Shown here: positions 38,443 to 49,983 of the stretch, piece by piece
How positions within the stretch are numbered: the stretch's first letter is position 1
Layout of the letters: each line of letters begins with the position of its first letter
Assembly: GCA_021432655.1 (NCBI GenBank)
Contig: MU271355.1
Coordinates: 1 to 64,000 of the forward strand
Direction of reading: 5' to 3'
Source: Atractiella rhizophila
Taxonomy: Eukaryota
Length of the DNA stretch: 64,000 bases
Notes under the pieces: generated by a model
What the model saw: the letters and a program-made list of their open reading frames with translations, nothing else
The model's database searches: none
What the model was told of the DNA's origin: nothing
Program-made: the position numbers and the translations under genes

Positions 38443-41400
38443 TGGTGCAGGACACCTAGTCCCAACCTAAAATATGCAACGGAAAGTCAGCGGTGAAAAA
38501 AGCTCCAATGCACTATTTGTCTTACAGATAGCTTATTGAGGCCTATAAGATGCAAACTGTAAGACAGAATTTTGATAACTTGATTTCCGGCTGAGCACTT
38601 TCAAGTCAAATTCTGAACATTTCGGAAAGATGTGAATTGCTTGCAAATTGCTGAAAGTAGCCGGTTCGGCCCGTATATAGCCGAGGAAATCTCGGCTCCG
38701 AGCGGCTCCGGCGGTCGGATATCGGCTCCGAAACACCTTTTGCAACCTTGGGACAAAACTGTGTCGCCCACTTTGCATTCCTTGCCTTTGAGTAGCATAT
38801 TTACGATGGGCAAAGGACGCCCAACCCTATCTCAGAAAGCCAAAATCCTCAAGCTTCAAGCCGGTCGCCAAGCAAAACGAAAGGAAAAGCAGCAAATACT
38901 TGTTGCAAAGGAATTTGCCCCGCAGGAAGGCTCCCCTGGAACAAAGAAGACTGTTGAGAAGCGTGTGAGGACAAAGTCCCCATCCTTGCCCCCATTCCCG
39001 CATCCTGTGTCTCCCAACCATCCTCCACACTTCACAATCCCTCTGCCACCTCCAGACCTCCCTCCAACACCCAAAGACCTCCGAACGACGCCTTCACTCC
39101 CTTCAACATCCATTGACTGCCCACCACCTCCTGATCCACTTTCCATAGCCGAAATCGACCGCTTGCTTGGTCTGGTTGATGGCGATGACCTTGTGTTCTG
39201 TTCTCAGATGATGGAAGACACGCTGAAGGAGCTGGAAGCAGAGGGGGATGACGAGATGGAATTAGACGATCTGTATCATGCTGGACAGGTAGTCACCGAT
39301 GGTTTGGCTTTTGAAGACGATGTTGAAGAGCAAGTGTATGATGAATCCTTGGAGCATTCAGAGTATGTCTTCTCATTCAATAGTAGTTTCCAATAAAGTA
39401 ACATCATGTCCTCAGCCATGCCTCAGAAGAGACCGCCCAGGAAGAAGAATTGGAGTCGAGTAATGACGAATTGGTTCCTGCTGCCGCGTATGGATTGAAG
39501 CTGCTTGAGCGGGCTGAAGAGGATCTCCTTCGGAGGGTCTGGGAGGTGTTTTCAGAAGGAAAACAGCCCGATAGGGGATGGAGAGCGGCTGAGAAAGAAT
39601 TGAAACAAAGCGGAGGATATGGTGGAACCGGCAAGATGGCAAAGTCCACAGCTTGGGACAAGAAACAGAAGGAGGAGGCAATGAAAAGGCATGTTGTTCA
39701 CTGCTCCCCAATGTGGTTCTAGCTCTAGCTAACCAACTAAAGTCGGTGTAGAGCAGCAGAGAATACGAAGTCCCTCTACTCCTTTCTCCACCCCATCCCC
39801 TGCCACCCACTCCGATCAAGCTCGTCTTCCACCATTTCCACTCTTGATGACCACAAAAATGTAATCGAAGCCCACAATCCCCTTCCCATATCACCACCCG
39901 AGCACCATCCTCATCCTCCTTCTCCCATCCTTCCAGTGGACATTGATATTTATGTCACCTCGGATTCTAGTGGGTCAGAAGCTAGAGATGAACCGAAGAA
40001 GATGCGAGGAGGTCGGGTTAAGCCGACTCTTCTTGAACGACAGGACAAGCCACCTGCTAAGAAACCATGCCTAAATCGAAACGAGAACAAGCAAGCTCGG
40101 GAGGTGAAACTTGAAAGCTACGAAGAATTTGCCAAGGTGCTAAGGAAGGTGCTGGAAGGCAACCAGTTTGTTAGTGAGCTTCAAGCACGCCGCACTCGTG
40201 CATTGGAGTCATATTTCAATCTCCTCAAAACTGGGAAGTATACTCGCGTGATGGCTTTGGAAACAGCGGCTGCGCACATGGATTTGGTGCTACTTACGGA
40301 GGACGGAGTGTCAGGAGCTGGGGCAGTCACTTCATGAAGACAAGTGAGCTTCCTGCATCAGCTCGAGGTTTGTCTGGTTCCAGTTCTCATATCTCCATCA
40401 AGCCTTATGTGGCTACTACAGGTTGTCATCCAAAATCCTTCTCATTGTTACGAACTCCCGAAGTCAGAGAAGAGTTACGAGCTTGGATGAGAAATGAAAA
40501 GTTCAGCATGGATCCCAGTAAAGTCGTTGATTATAGTCTGGTGCACATGGTGCCGACTGCGCTTGAGAGTCATGCCAAAAAACAGGTTAACAAGGATCTT
40601 CCAGACCGACTAAAGAGTTATGTCAACCTCGAGCTTTTTCCTCGCATTGAATGGAAGCCGACTAAAGGTATTTCAAAGAGAACAGCACGTCGGTGGCTGG
40701 ACACTGAAGGGTTCAAATGGACACGTTATAAGAAAGGGCTGTATTACGAGTGTGTGTTTTTTTGTGGAAGAATTGTGTTCTAATTTCAACAGTGGGCATG
40801 AGCGGCCAGATGTTGTCAAATATCGTCAAGAGGTCTTTATCCCAACCTTTCTCTCTTTTCTTCCCCGCCTGCGCCAGTACTCGCTTACTGATGACCCACA
40901 AGAAGTCATCAAGGTGCTGCCACCCAGTGTCAAACCGGTTGTCCTTGTTGTCCATGATGAGACAACGTGTACAGCTAATGATGGGAAAACCCATTCTTGG
41001 ATGCTAGAGGGTCGGGCAAAGCTTAGGAAGAAGGGACAAGGAAGAGGAATTCATCGATCGGATTTTCTCTGTTCGACATTCGGTCATCTTGCAGATGCGG
41101 GTGTACAGATTGAATATGGGAAGAACCATGATGGATTTTGGACCGGAGAACTAATGTTAGATCAGGTCACCTCTCCTTCTCTACTCTGCTGTCACTGCGA
41201 GATTAACAATGTCGGTGAAACAGGTTAAAACCAAGTTGATTCCGCTCTTTGAACAGCTGTATCCTGGCCAACAGATGTTGTTATTACTTGACAATTCTCA
41301 AGGGCATAGCTTTTTTGCCAAAGATGCTCTGAGAGCAACCGAGATGAATCTCAACCCAGGCAGGTATTTTCAGTTAAAATACATCGGAATAATAGCTTAT

Positions 41401-42286
41401 TCAATTAAAGGAGGAGTTCAAGCAAGACTTCGGCCGGGCTGGTATGAGAAAGACGGTTTGAGGATTATACAGCCTATGGTTGATGTCAATGGCACTCCGA
41501 AAGGAATTAAAACGATACTAAAGGAACATGGGCTTTGGATTGATGGCCTGAGAGGTTGCTGCAAGAAAATAGCAGAGCATCATGATGACAACAAGTGTTG
41601 TGCCCGTAAATAATCTCAATCTTTCCTTCTTTTTGTGCATTGCTAACCGGACAATAGAGCGGTGGATGGCAGCTCAACCAGATTTTCAAGCTCAAAAAAG
41701 TGCTGTAATTGAAGCAGTAGAAGCCGCCGGTCATTATGCCATCATGCTTCCAAAATTTCATTGCGAGATCAATTATATTGAGTTTTTTTGGGGTCGAATA
41801 AAGTACTATTGCCGTGGTAAGCCTTCTGCCATTTGAGCTGCTGTTACTAAATGATTTGTTGTTAGAGAACTGTGATTATACCTTTGAAGGACTGAAGAGG
41901 ACCATCCCTGCGGCATTGAAGTCTGTCAAGCTGTCTACAATACGGAAGTTTGAACAAAGGACCCTAAGATGGGTGCAAGCATACTCGGAGGGGAAGAATG
42001 TGGTTGATGCATCTTATCAGGTTAAAAAGTACTCTTCTCATCGTAGGGTTCCCGAAAAGGCAGCAAGTAGGGATGATTATTATTTTGCAGATTAATTGGA
42101 ATAATGATTTGTAACAATGCATGATGAAAGACTTGCAGCACATTTGACCTGTCATCCTCACTTTTCTTGACTCAAAATTCACAAAATTTGACAAAAAAAA
42201 AAAAAAATTGGAAAAAAAATTTCGGACCTCCGCAGCACTATGAGTCATGCTGCGTATTTTAGGTTGGGACTAGGTGTCCTGCACCA
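38443..42286 (+). mobile_element. IS630-Tc1-mariner superfamily DNA transposon
   Basis: Perfect 32-bp TIRs TGGTGCAGGACACCTAGTCCCAACCTAAAATA (38443-38474 and 42255-42286); TA TSD at 38441-38442 and 42287-42288. Confidence 0.95.
38806..42095 (+). pseudogene. DDE transposase of the Tc1/mariner-type element (multi-exon, probable frameshift near 40275)
   Basis: GHERPDVVKYRQ, VVHDETT, KKGQGRGIHRSDFL, YGKNHDGFW, LLDNSQGH, LPKFHCEINYIEFFWG. Frame switches between AAAH and GFGATYGGR at ~40275. Confidence 0.88.
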
Positions 42287-43274
42287 TACCCTGGGCCGCG
42301 AGGAGGCAAGGATTCAGCCAGGATCCTGTTCCTGACATAGGCAAGGTTGACCGTAGGCGGCGGGAGGCAAGGATGTACGAAGCATCCTGTTCCCGACAGC
42401 ATCAGGTTCATACCCTGGGTGCCTAAGAGGCAAGCATGTAGCCAGGATCTTGTTCCTAACAGAGGTAGGGTTGTACCCTGGGCTGCCAGGAGGCAAGGAT
42501 TCAGCCAGGATCCTGTTCCTGACAGAGGCAGGGTTGTACCCTAGGTCCCCAGGAGGCAAGGATTCAGCCTGGATCTCATTCCTGAAAGAGGCAGGGTTGA
42601 ACCCTAAAGTACTGTTAGTAGGTTATGGTGGTAGAAGGCAATTTGCAGCTGGAGCAATGGGTTACAAAGGAGGACAGTGGAGGCGAATGGTCCGTGCTTC
42701 CTTTTCAGCGTTCTTAGATTCTTCAACAAAACTGACACATTGAGGCTGCAGCTTATGAAACAAGACGAGCGCTCGCACCGATAACACATCCTTCCTCTCC
42801 TCAAACATATAAACGTCTTCGACTCTCTTCGTTCTCGATTATCTCGCTTCTATCGGTCATGGTCCAAAGGCGGGAGCGGATGAAAATAGAGTAATGAAGG
42901 AAATTAACCATCTCTTCAAGCATGTAACCCTGGCTTGGGAGCTGATCCACTTTCCTTTTGGAAGTAAGAGTCAAAGCACAACTTGCACACCTTGTCTTTT
43001 CTGGCTCAAGATATTCTGGCTATTTCAGAACGTGTCTCCCCAAAGTGTTCTCACTTGTTTCAGGTTTTTCAGTGCTATCTGTTGTGCTGTGGGAGTCAAG
43101 CACATCTTCTCTGGTGCTCATGATAGACGGAGGATCACATTGCGCGCTTCCTTCGGAAATCTCAGCTTACAGAGTTTGCAAATAGAGCTGATGACATTGT
43201 AGGATGACGTTGCAGAGCTGGTCAGAAGCGACAAAAGTGTGACACGTGACACTTAAGACGTGATGAAATTGCTA

Positions 43275-43435
43275 TGTGCCATATAACCCGTAATCCGTCG
43301 TATTCTCCCGTTTTCCGCCGTACTCATACGTATCTGACAATGGAAATTTGTTACGGTACGATACGAGCCGAGAGAGGGACACGTACCGTCCGGAAGTGGT
43401 GCTGAGACGACGATACGGTACGATAGCCATCCCTA
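43275..43435 (-). mobile_element. hAT-like terminus (TAGGGATGGCTATCGTACC on - strand)
   Basis: Ends ...ATCCCTA at 43435 and is preceded by many TACG/CGTA subterminal motifs. Confidence 0.55.
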
Positions 43436-43678
43436 CATGGAATGGCCCCCAATGTACCTGGGGCAAAGTGTGAGTCATACCAAAAAGACTTTCTATTTCT
43501 GCTTCTTCTACCCTTTTTAGTGCAACTTGTGGTACTCGTACACGAGTACCCACAAGCCCCAACGTTGGTTGAGTTCTCTAGAGTGGAGACTGAAGGGCTC
43601 GTACATCTTCTTGCAGTGTTGCCACAGCTGACTTACCAGTCATGGCTTCCTTGGACCCAAATTGCAGTGCCATATACA

Positions 43679-45202
43679 TCACTCCTCAATTTCTGAGGTG
43701 ATCTCCTTGCTCCTCAGAGTGTTCCCATATTCTTTCATTATCCTCCTGGCAAATATGATCTCCTCCTCGACCCACTCTCCAAAGAATAACACAACGTCGA
43801 GATGATACCCGATTGACTCACCATCCACCCTGTCCCCCCACTCAGCTCGCCTCACACGCCAATCTGCAAAGAACCACCAGATGAGGTCTGGGAAATCAAC
43901 TGATTCCACAACACAATACTGCATCGTCATTGAACATATTGCCGTTGCATTTCTGAGGGTGCTGAAAAGCCGACAGGAAACAAGGTTTGAAGACTCCGCC
44001 CCCCATCGAGGAACAGCTTGGTGAGGTTTGTTAGGTGTGATAACTCGAGCCCAGCCGTTAGGAAGGAAGTCTTTGCTCTGGCAAGGAAGGGGCAGAGTTG
44101 AACTGTAAGCCATTCCAGATTCGGTGGCAGAGGGGAATCTGAGATGGAGAGGGAGAGGTGGCCCAGATTGAATAGATGTAGGTGCCGCAGGTTGCCCGTA
44201 GCGAGAGTGATGTGAGAGGTGGGTATTTGTCGAGCGTTAGGAATCTGAGGCAAGGAGCTAATTGAAGGCCAGCTGATTCCGAAAGGTTAGATTGGGCAGA
44301 AGAGTTCTCCACGTCCAAGGCCTCAAACAGTCTGATCCTCAAGCTCATCCTCTTCATAAAGGTCTCAATCTCGCTCCGCCTCCACCTTCTCAGGCCCTCA
44401 TCCCCAAATGTTATGTCATCCACCCGATTTAAGCCTTCAATTGCATCCAACACCATTTTTGCCTCTTCTTCGTTCCAGAATGCATCCACATATACTCTCT
44501 TAACGTTTGACGAGCCCGCAATGACAGCTTTAACCATCCCAATGCTCATACTGTCATTAAACCTCAGTTCTCTCCACAAACGTCCTGCAGCAGGATAGAG
44601 CTTCAAGCACTCGTACTTTTCAACCGCAGAATCAGGCTCCCTCCAATAAGGCATTGAAATAAACCTCCAGAGCCGGCAGACACCACAGAGGATGGAAGCC
44701 GTGTGTCGTGTAATGAAACTAAATGATGGAGAGGAGCTCGACAGGTAAGCACAAAATTGAGTGTGGAATACACCCGAGAGGTGGGTAACCCAACAATTGA
44801 ATAATGCTCGTCCCGCTGTCAGGGAGTTGTGACGGTGATTCGTCATCACCTGTAGGGACGAAGCAATGTTCTTCTCTGGCTATATAGGGCGATGGGGGCA
44901 TGGATAGCATTCTCTCGACAGATTAGGAACATGCGACTGAAGGGTTCTGGGTGAATAATTGAATTGATTTCTGAATTGGTGCATGAATTGACCTCTGATT
45001 CAACATCTGAGCACTCATCGGCACCTATTTCAGATTCGACAATTGAATCAGCAGACGAATGAACGGATGCAGGCGCTCTGCCGCCCAGAAAGCTGATCGC
45101 GACATTATTGTGGTTGAAATTGACACTAAGGCTGGCTACCCCATCATTCACGACCACATTTTCGAGTGAATCAAGTGATAAATCGGACAATTTCGAGGTC
45201 AT
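43679..45202 (-). pseudogene. F-box/LRR-like lineage-expanded protein, frameshifted
   Basis: LPVELLSII...ILCGVCRLWR (F-box-like) and LELSHLTNLTKLFLDGG, spread over several overlapping frames; paralogue of 35344-35897. Confidence 0.75.
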
Positions 45203-46465
45203 GCACGCAGGAGCTTGCGGTGTGAAATCACAAGCTAGGACAAAAGTAATCCGGAGTGAATAGATTGAATGAGGTAGGCGAGCTAGGAAAGATGGAAGAA
45301 TAGAGAGGTGGAGCGATTTGCTGAGCAGGTGTCTATGGGTGATGACATCGACCAGCGCCAGTAAGTTTGATTCCTGAGAGCTTTGGTGTAAGGGAGATGT
45401 TCCGTGCTCAACCCTAACCGTTTTGAGTGAAAATGTGCCAGACTAGGTCATAGTCTACATTAGTCATGATGAAACTTGAAGCTCAGAATAGAATAATCAT
45501 GCCTGTGGTGCATCGGCAATCGAAGAAAATTGAGCCATTGGGAGGTGAGACGAAGAAAATCGAAATTGAAACGTGGCGCTGCCTAAATGAATCGTTGCTA
45601 GGAGAACCGTGATGTCGAAAGGTGATATCCACATTTCTCAGGATGGAAGTACTTTGCCTGCCTTTATGTGATGTGGAGAACTGCCTGTCAAGCAAAGAGT
45701 TGGGCAGATTAACCTTCTGTTGATGAAGCGATTCAAGCACCTGATGTGGGGAAAGGTGTATGTTGTGTTTCGCTTTCGAACTTAGTTCTGGAGACGTACC
45801 CGTTTTGGTCTGAGGTTCGTGTCAGGCATAGCAGCTGATTGATAGCATGATTGGTCAACGCGAACCCATTCAACTGTTATGAAGGAGGTGATCATTCTTC
45901 CAACAAGATTCCCATGCTCTCGTCCAACTTTCTTAGTGAAGGCCGGCTAGTCAGAATGGGCGTCTGGAAGTTTGTCGACTTTCCAACCGAATCATCATCC
46001 TCCTTGTCTCCCGTCCCACCAGATCCACTCAGGGTCCTCTTTACTACCATGCCTTTGGCGAGACTGCGTCTAGCAGGAGATTGAGTCTGAAGCAAGACTG
46101 ACTTTGGCTCGTCTCACTCTGTTGGAACTCTTTTGCGCCGGTTGGAGTCTAACAGGAGGGGCATCCCGAATGGGAGAAGAGGCCATGATCCTGATGAAAG
46201 GGCCTTCACTGAGTCGATCAAGGCGACGAGGATAATGACGTAGGAGAGCGCGACCGTTCCCGACTGTGATTCCTGCTTCTGTCTCTACCTCGCCTGCGGC
46301 TAAGCGGGTTCGTAAGCAAGAACATCCCGCGGAGAACCACGGGACGAGTGCGAGCGTCATGATACAAAGTCTTCGCCTAGGAGCATGAGAACAGGAGCAT
46401 GAGAATGGGAGCGCAGAATTTTGAAAGGGTTGTTGTGGGTGTGGGTGGTGACATAAATGCTCAAA

Positions 46466-47774
46466 TAGGGACTCGCGTGAATGTGAATAATTCATGAACA
46501 GTCACCGTATCATTCACCAAAAAGTCATGAATAAGGCATTCATGAACTAGTGAACTGGTGACTGTGGCTGTGACATGAACTGTGAACGTCAGGCCTGAGA
46601 AATTCTTGAGTCATGACTAGTCATGAATAAGTCACCGGGCACAACTCATATCGGCCGAAGTTACAGCCATCATGATTTCCACGAGCCTCGTCTTCGCTTC
46701 GTGATCGACATTCATGGATTCGGCTTCAGCCCTTGCTGGACCGGCTGAGGTTTTTGAGATGGGCTTTCCTATGAACCAGCGAGAAGAGGCTAAATGACTG
46801 CTCTGACTGCTCAGGAGGGCACTGACGCTGGTCACCCAATCACAATGGACGAGGCTCTGACCAGCAAGCGGTCAAGGGGGGACTCCATCTCTGGTAAGCT
46901 TTTTCTGCTGTATTTCCAACTTTCTCATACAACAGAACCTGTCATTGCTTCGAAGAAAAAGCAACTCCGTGTCAAGAAGGATAAGTCGCATTTGGACGAA
47001 GAGGCACGCTTGTAAGTACCTTGACTCTCCATTTGCTTCTCTGAACATAGATCAGGGAAGCCAATATCAATTATTGGAAATCCTCTGTCTACACCCATTA
47101 CGATGCTCTGACGCTTGTCAAGAAGGAAGAAGTGGAGGAAACGAAAAGAAGTAGGTTATTTATTATCGGTTTACTTGTAAGGTATTTAAAGATCATGAAG
47201 TCAACCGGAAAAGGGATGGGTTTGCAAGTGGGGCTGCACCGACATCGCAACTTTTGGCAGGCGTTAAGGCATGTGAGGCAAAGCATGCGAAGTCCGGTAA
47301 GCGTTCAACAACACTGAATGCATGCAAGAAGCCAAGAAGTATAATATGGATATGCAAGTTGCTCCACCTCCAACCATTCCCCCCATGCGTAGCCATGTCC
47401 AGTTGGCCTCTTATGATTTAGAGCCGCTTTCAGATGATGGAGTGACCACTTGTCCTGTAGTGGAGCATGAGTATGATCAATTTAATAATAGGGCAGATGT
47501 AGCCTTGGGCAGTAGTCTTGGGTTTTGGAAGGTAAGCCTTTTCTGTGCTGGACCCCTTGCATGACTGACTGTCTTCTTGTTGAAGGAGAACGGATCTCTC
47601 TATCCGATATGTCAACACATGGCTCAGAATTATCTTGCGATCCCAAGCTCAAATGCAGCAGTTGAGCGGCTGTTTTCATGGGGAAAATGGATTGCCTCAG
47701 ATGTGCGTGCCTCCATGGAGGATCAAAGATTGACGGAAATGATGATACAAAAGCATGGCTGGTGGAAGGTGTGA
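46466..47774 (+). mobile_element. Internally deleted hAT element (BED-like N-terminus joined to dimerisation domain)
   Basis: TAGGGACTCGCGTGAA terminus with TCATGA/GTGAA repeats. WKSSVYTHY...YRFTC...TSQL...KAC is followed closely by FWK|ENGSLYP...YLAIPSSNAAVERLFS. The DDE core is missing and the right end was not found. Confidence 0.8.
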
Positions 47775-48028
47775 AGGTGCCGGAGGTCTGGTGAATTCGG
47801 ATACAGATACCTTAGTTATTTTCTTATTTCTACCCTTTTTAATTGTTCGCTCATTACTTTATTGCAATGCTAAGTATAACGGACTGTCAGTTCTTTTAGC
47901 TCACAGTAATTTATCTTTTTGTTCTAAAGCAGTTCTTTATGCATTGCATTTTGACTGTCTTGAATATCCGTTCAATCATGTAAAAATACTACGGAAACAT
48001 CGTAAACTGTATTGCCGCGAGCCCTGCT

Positions 48029-48930
48029 TTCCAGACAATGATGACAGAAATTCCCTGGGATCTGATCTCAGCCAGTAAAGTGGAAGTCTATATTGACAAT
48101 GTTCCAATGCACACCTTTCATTGATACCTTACCCATGACTAGAAGATCCAAAGAAATAGAGTATCTCTCTCTAACAACATCAAACAAGCTATGAAGAGCC
48201 GTCACATTGCTTCCAGACATGATGGAAAGTCTTCAGATGGATGGAGAAAGGCCACACAGAGCCAGAGCAGTTATATATCGATCTCCCCTGCCATATGGAG
48301 CCATCGCTTATGCAGCTTAGTAGAAGCTCCTCACAGCCATTCAGGCTGAGTTTTCGGCCATAAATCAACACAGTGGAGCAGTGTGGATGCCCCACAAAGC
48401 AGGAGCTCCACCTGTTAGCCTAATGAATTGAACCATCACATCATCTACTTAAGACCAGGTCAGCGGCTGATGAAATGATGCAAAAAATAGTGATTTCCAC
48501 AGCACTTTGCCATCGAGAATGGGTGGAATAGACGGCCTCGGAACTCTTCACGACCTCTCTGAATCATCCAGAGCATCCCCATTTAGCACAAGGAGCATAT
48601 GATGCGCTGCCGCCTCATATCTTGAGGAACAGGGAAACGCAGGAGAGGCAGCCCATAGAGGGGGTGTCAGGACCCTTTAAGTGACCAAAAAGGCAACACA
48701 AAGACCACATTCCACCCTATTACCTTCCACATAAGGACTCAACATTGCAATGGATAAAGAAAACACGAGAAAGAACCTCAGCCTATGCTGAAGTGCAGAT
48801 AACAACTCTGCATGATATGATGGGCAATCCCCATCAATTCCTTCACTTATATACCACCTAGAGCGCCTCCCAAAGAGCCCTCACCATCACCAGAACTGAA
48901 GAAGCCTTAGCGAGAAGAAGCCTTAGTGAA
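48029..48930 (+). mobile_element. Highly degraded Ty3/Gypsy-like pol remnant
   Basis: FQTMMTEIPWDLISASKVEVYIDN resembles Gypsy RT FQxxMxxIxxDLI...VYxDD, with a later GPFK. Many stops. Confidence 0.5.
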
Positions 48931-49171
48931 ACAGGATCTAGCCAGTCTTATCTTCTGGCGGAACCCCTCATCTCACACCCTACTATCGCTCCTCCCCCTC
49001 CTGCTCCTAGTTATTTGCTGTTTGGAAGTGCCTGAGAGGAACATATCAAGAAGGGAGAAGCTACACTGTGAGTGTTTCGTCTTTGGTTCGCTTTGGAGTC
49101 CCACGTTGTTGGACTCTGATGGTTCTGCCCTCTCCTGTTGATGTTGGTCCCACCTTCATCCCTAACCCTTA

Positions 49172-49680
49172 ATGGTTTCCTACCTGCACCATCAACTGTC
49201 CGACCCCGTCTTTCGATTAGCAATGCTGCTCAAGCTATGGGAGCAGGATGGACTGCTACCCACCACAAAGGAGCTGTTTCAGGCTGTAAAACAGAATGAC
49301 AAGCAGAAGAGGAGGGCTGCGGAAGCAGCGAAGAAAAAGGAGCAGGAGGAGCCTAACATGGTGGCAGTAGGCATGTTGATTGACTGAGAGAAAGTGTTAG
49401 GTCAAGAAAACAATATTCATTTCGTTCTTATCATAATTACATGTCCTTTTAAATCTTGCACCTCTTTGACACTTTTGACACACATCCCAGATATACCCTT
49501 TGTCCCATGCACAACCCTTCAACTAGTTGACTCCCGTGCAGTCCCAGCTATCCTGCGGGTTACTCCATCGAATGACGGGAATCCCTTGCAGGTAAGGGCA
49601 CGGGCACGGGGCAGCCCTCAAGGCACAAATCCCCTGCGGAAAAACCCGCAGGACGACGGTTAATCCGTGTACCAAGCCTA
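49172..49680 (+). mobile_element. hAT 3'-end fragment related to the 22950-25001 element
   Basis: AMLLKLWEQDGLL matches LLMLKLWDEDGLL at ~23330. CGGG/CCCG-rich subterminal region ending ...ACCAAGCCTA. Confidence 0.7.
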
Positions 49681-49983
49681 GCTAAGATGATACAGGAGAC
49701 AGAGGTGATTGTGTAACCCTAGACTGAAGAAGATTAGGAGAAGGGAGGGAAACAAGAAAATGAAGGCCGGTTCAAACTCTGAGTGAGAGAGACCCAGATT
49801 CGGCGGAAGCGAGAAATCATCCTACAGGGCAACTAATAAGCATGAAATATAAAGGAAGAGATAATCGCTCAAAGTGGATCAACGGTAAGACAGAATGCCG
49901 AGGAGATGGAGATGAAAGAGAGTGATAGTAATAAGAGAAAGGAAAGCGATGATAATGATGTGCAGAGTCGCTTGCGTGTATGT

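Larger units (their letters stand above)
35898..42621. mobile_element. Foldback-like element B (non-coding, ~2.9 kb without the nested Tc1)
   Basis: Symmetric layout: terminus, 63-bp array, linker, 67-bp array, ~600-bp AT-rich core, inverted 67-bp array, inverted linker, inverted 63-bp array, inverted terminus ending at 42621. Confidence 0.9.

Noticed and set aside
35789..38465. ORFs with 21-aa repeats (35789..36259, 37768..38367, 42314..42559 etc.)
   Set aside because: They are by-products of the 63-bp tandem repeat; indels between units break the frame. Not called as genes.
22950..43435. Single hAT element spanning 22950-43435 with the foldbacks nested inside
   Set aside because: The TIRs match only over TAGGGA, the 8-bp flanks differ (CCTATTAT vs CATGGAAT), and the coding parts are not contiguous.
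45483..46495. Minus-strand low-complexity ORFs
   Set aside because: They may be a gene fragment, but no supportable product can be assigned.
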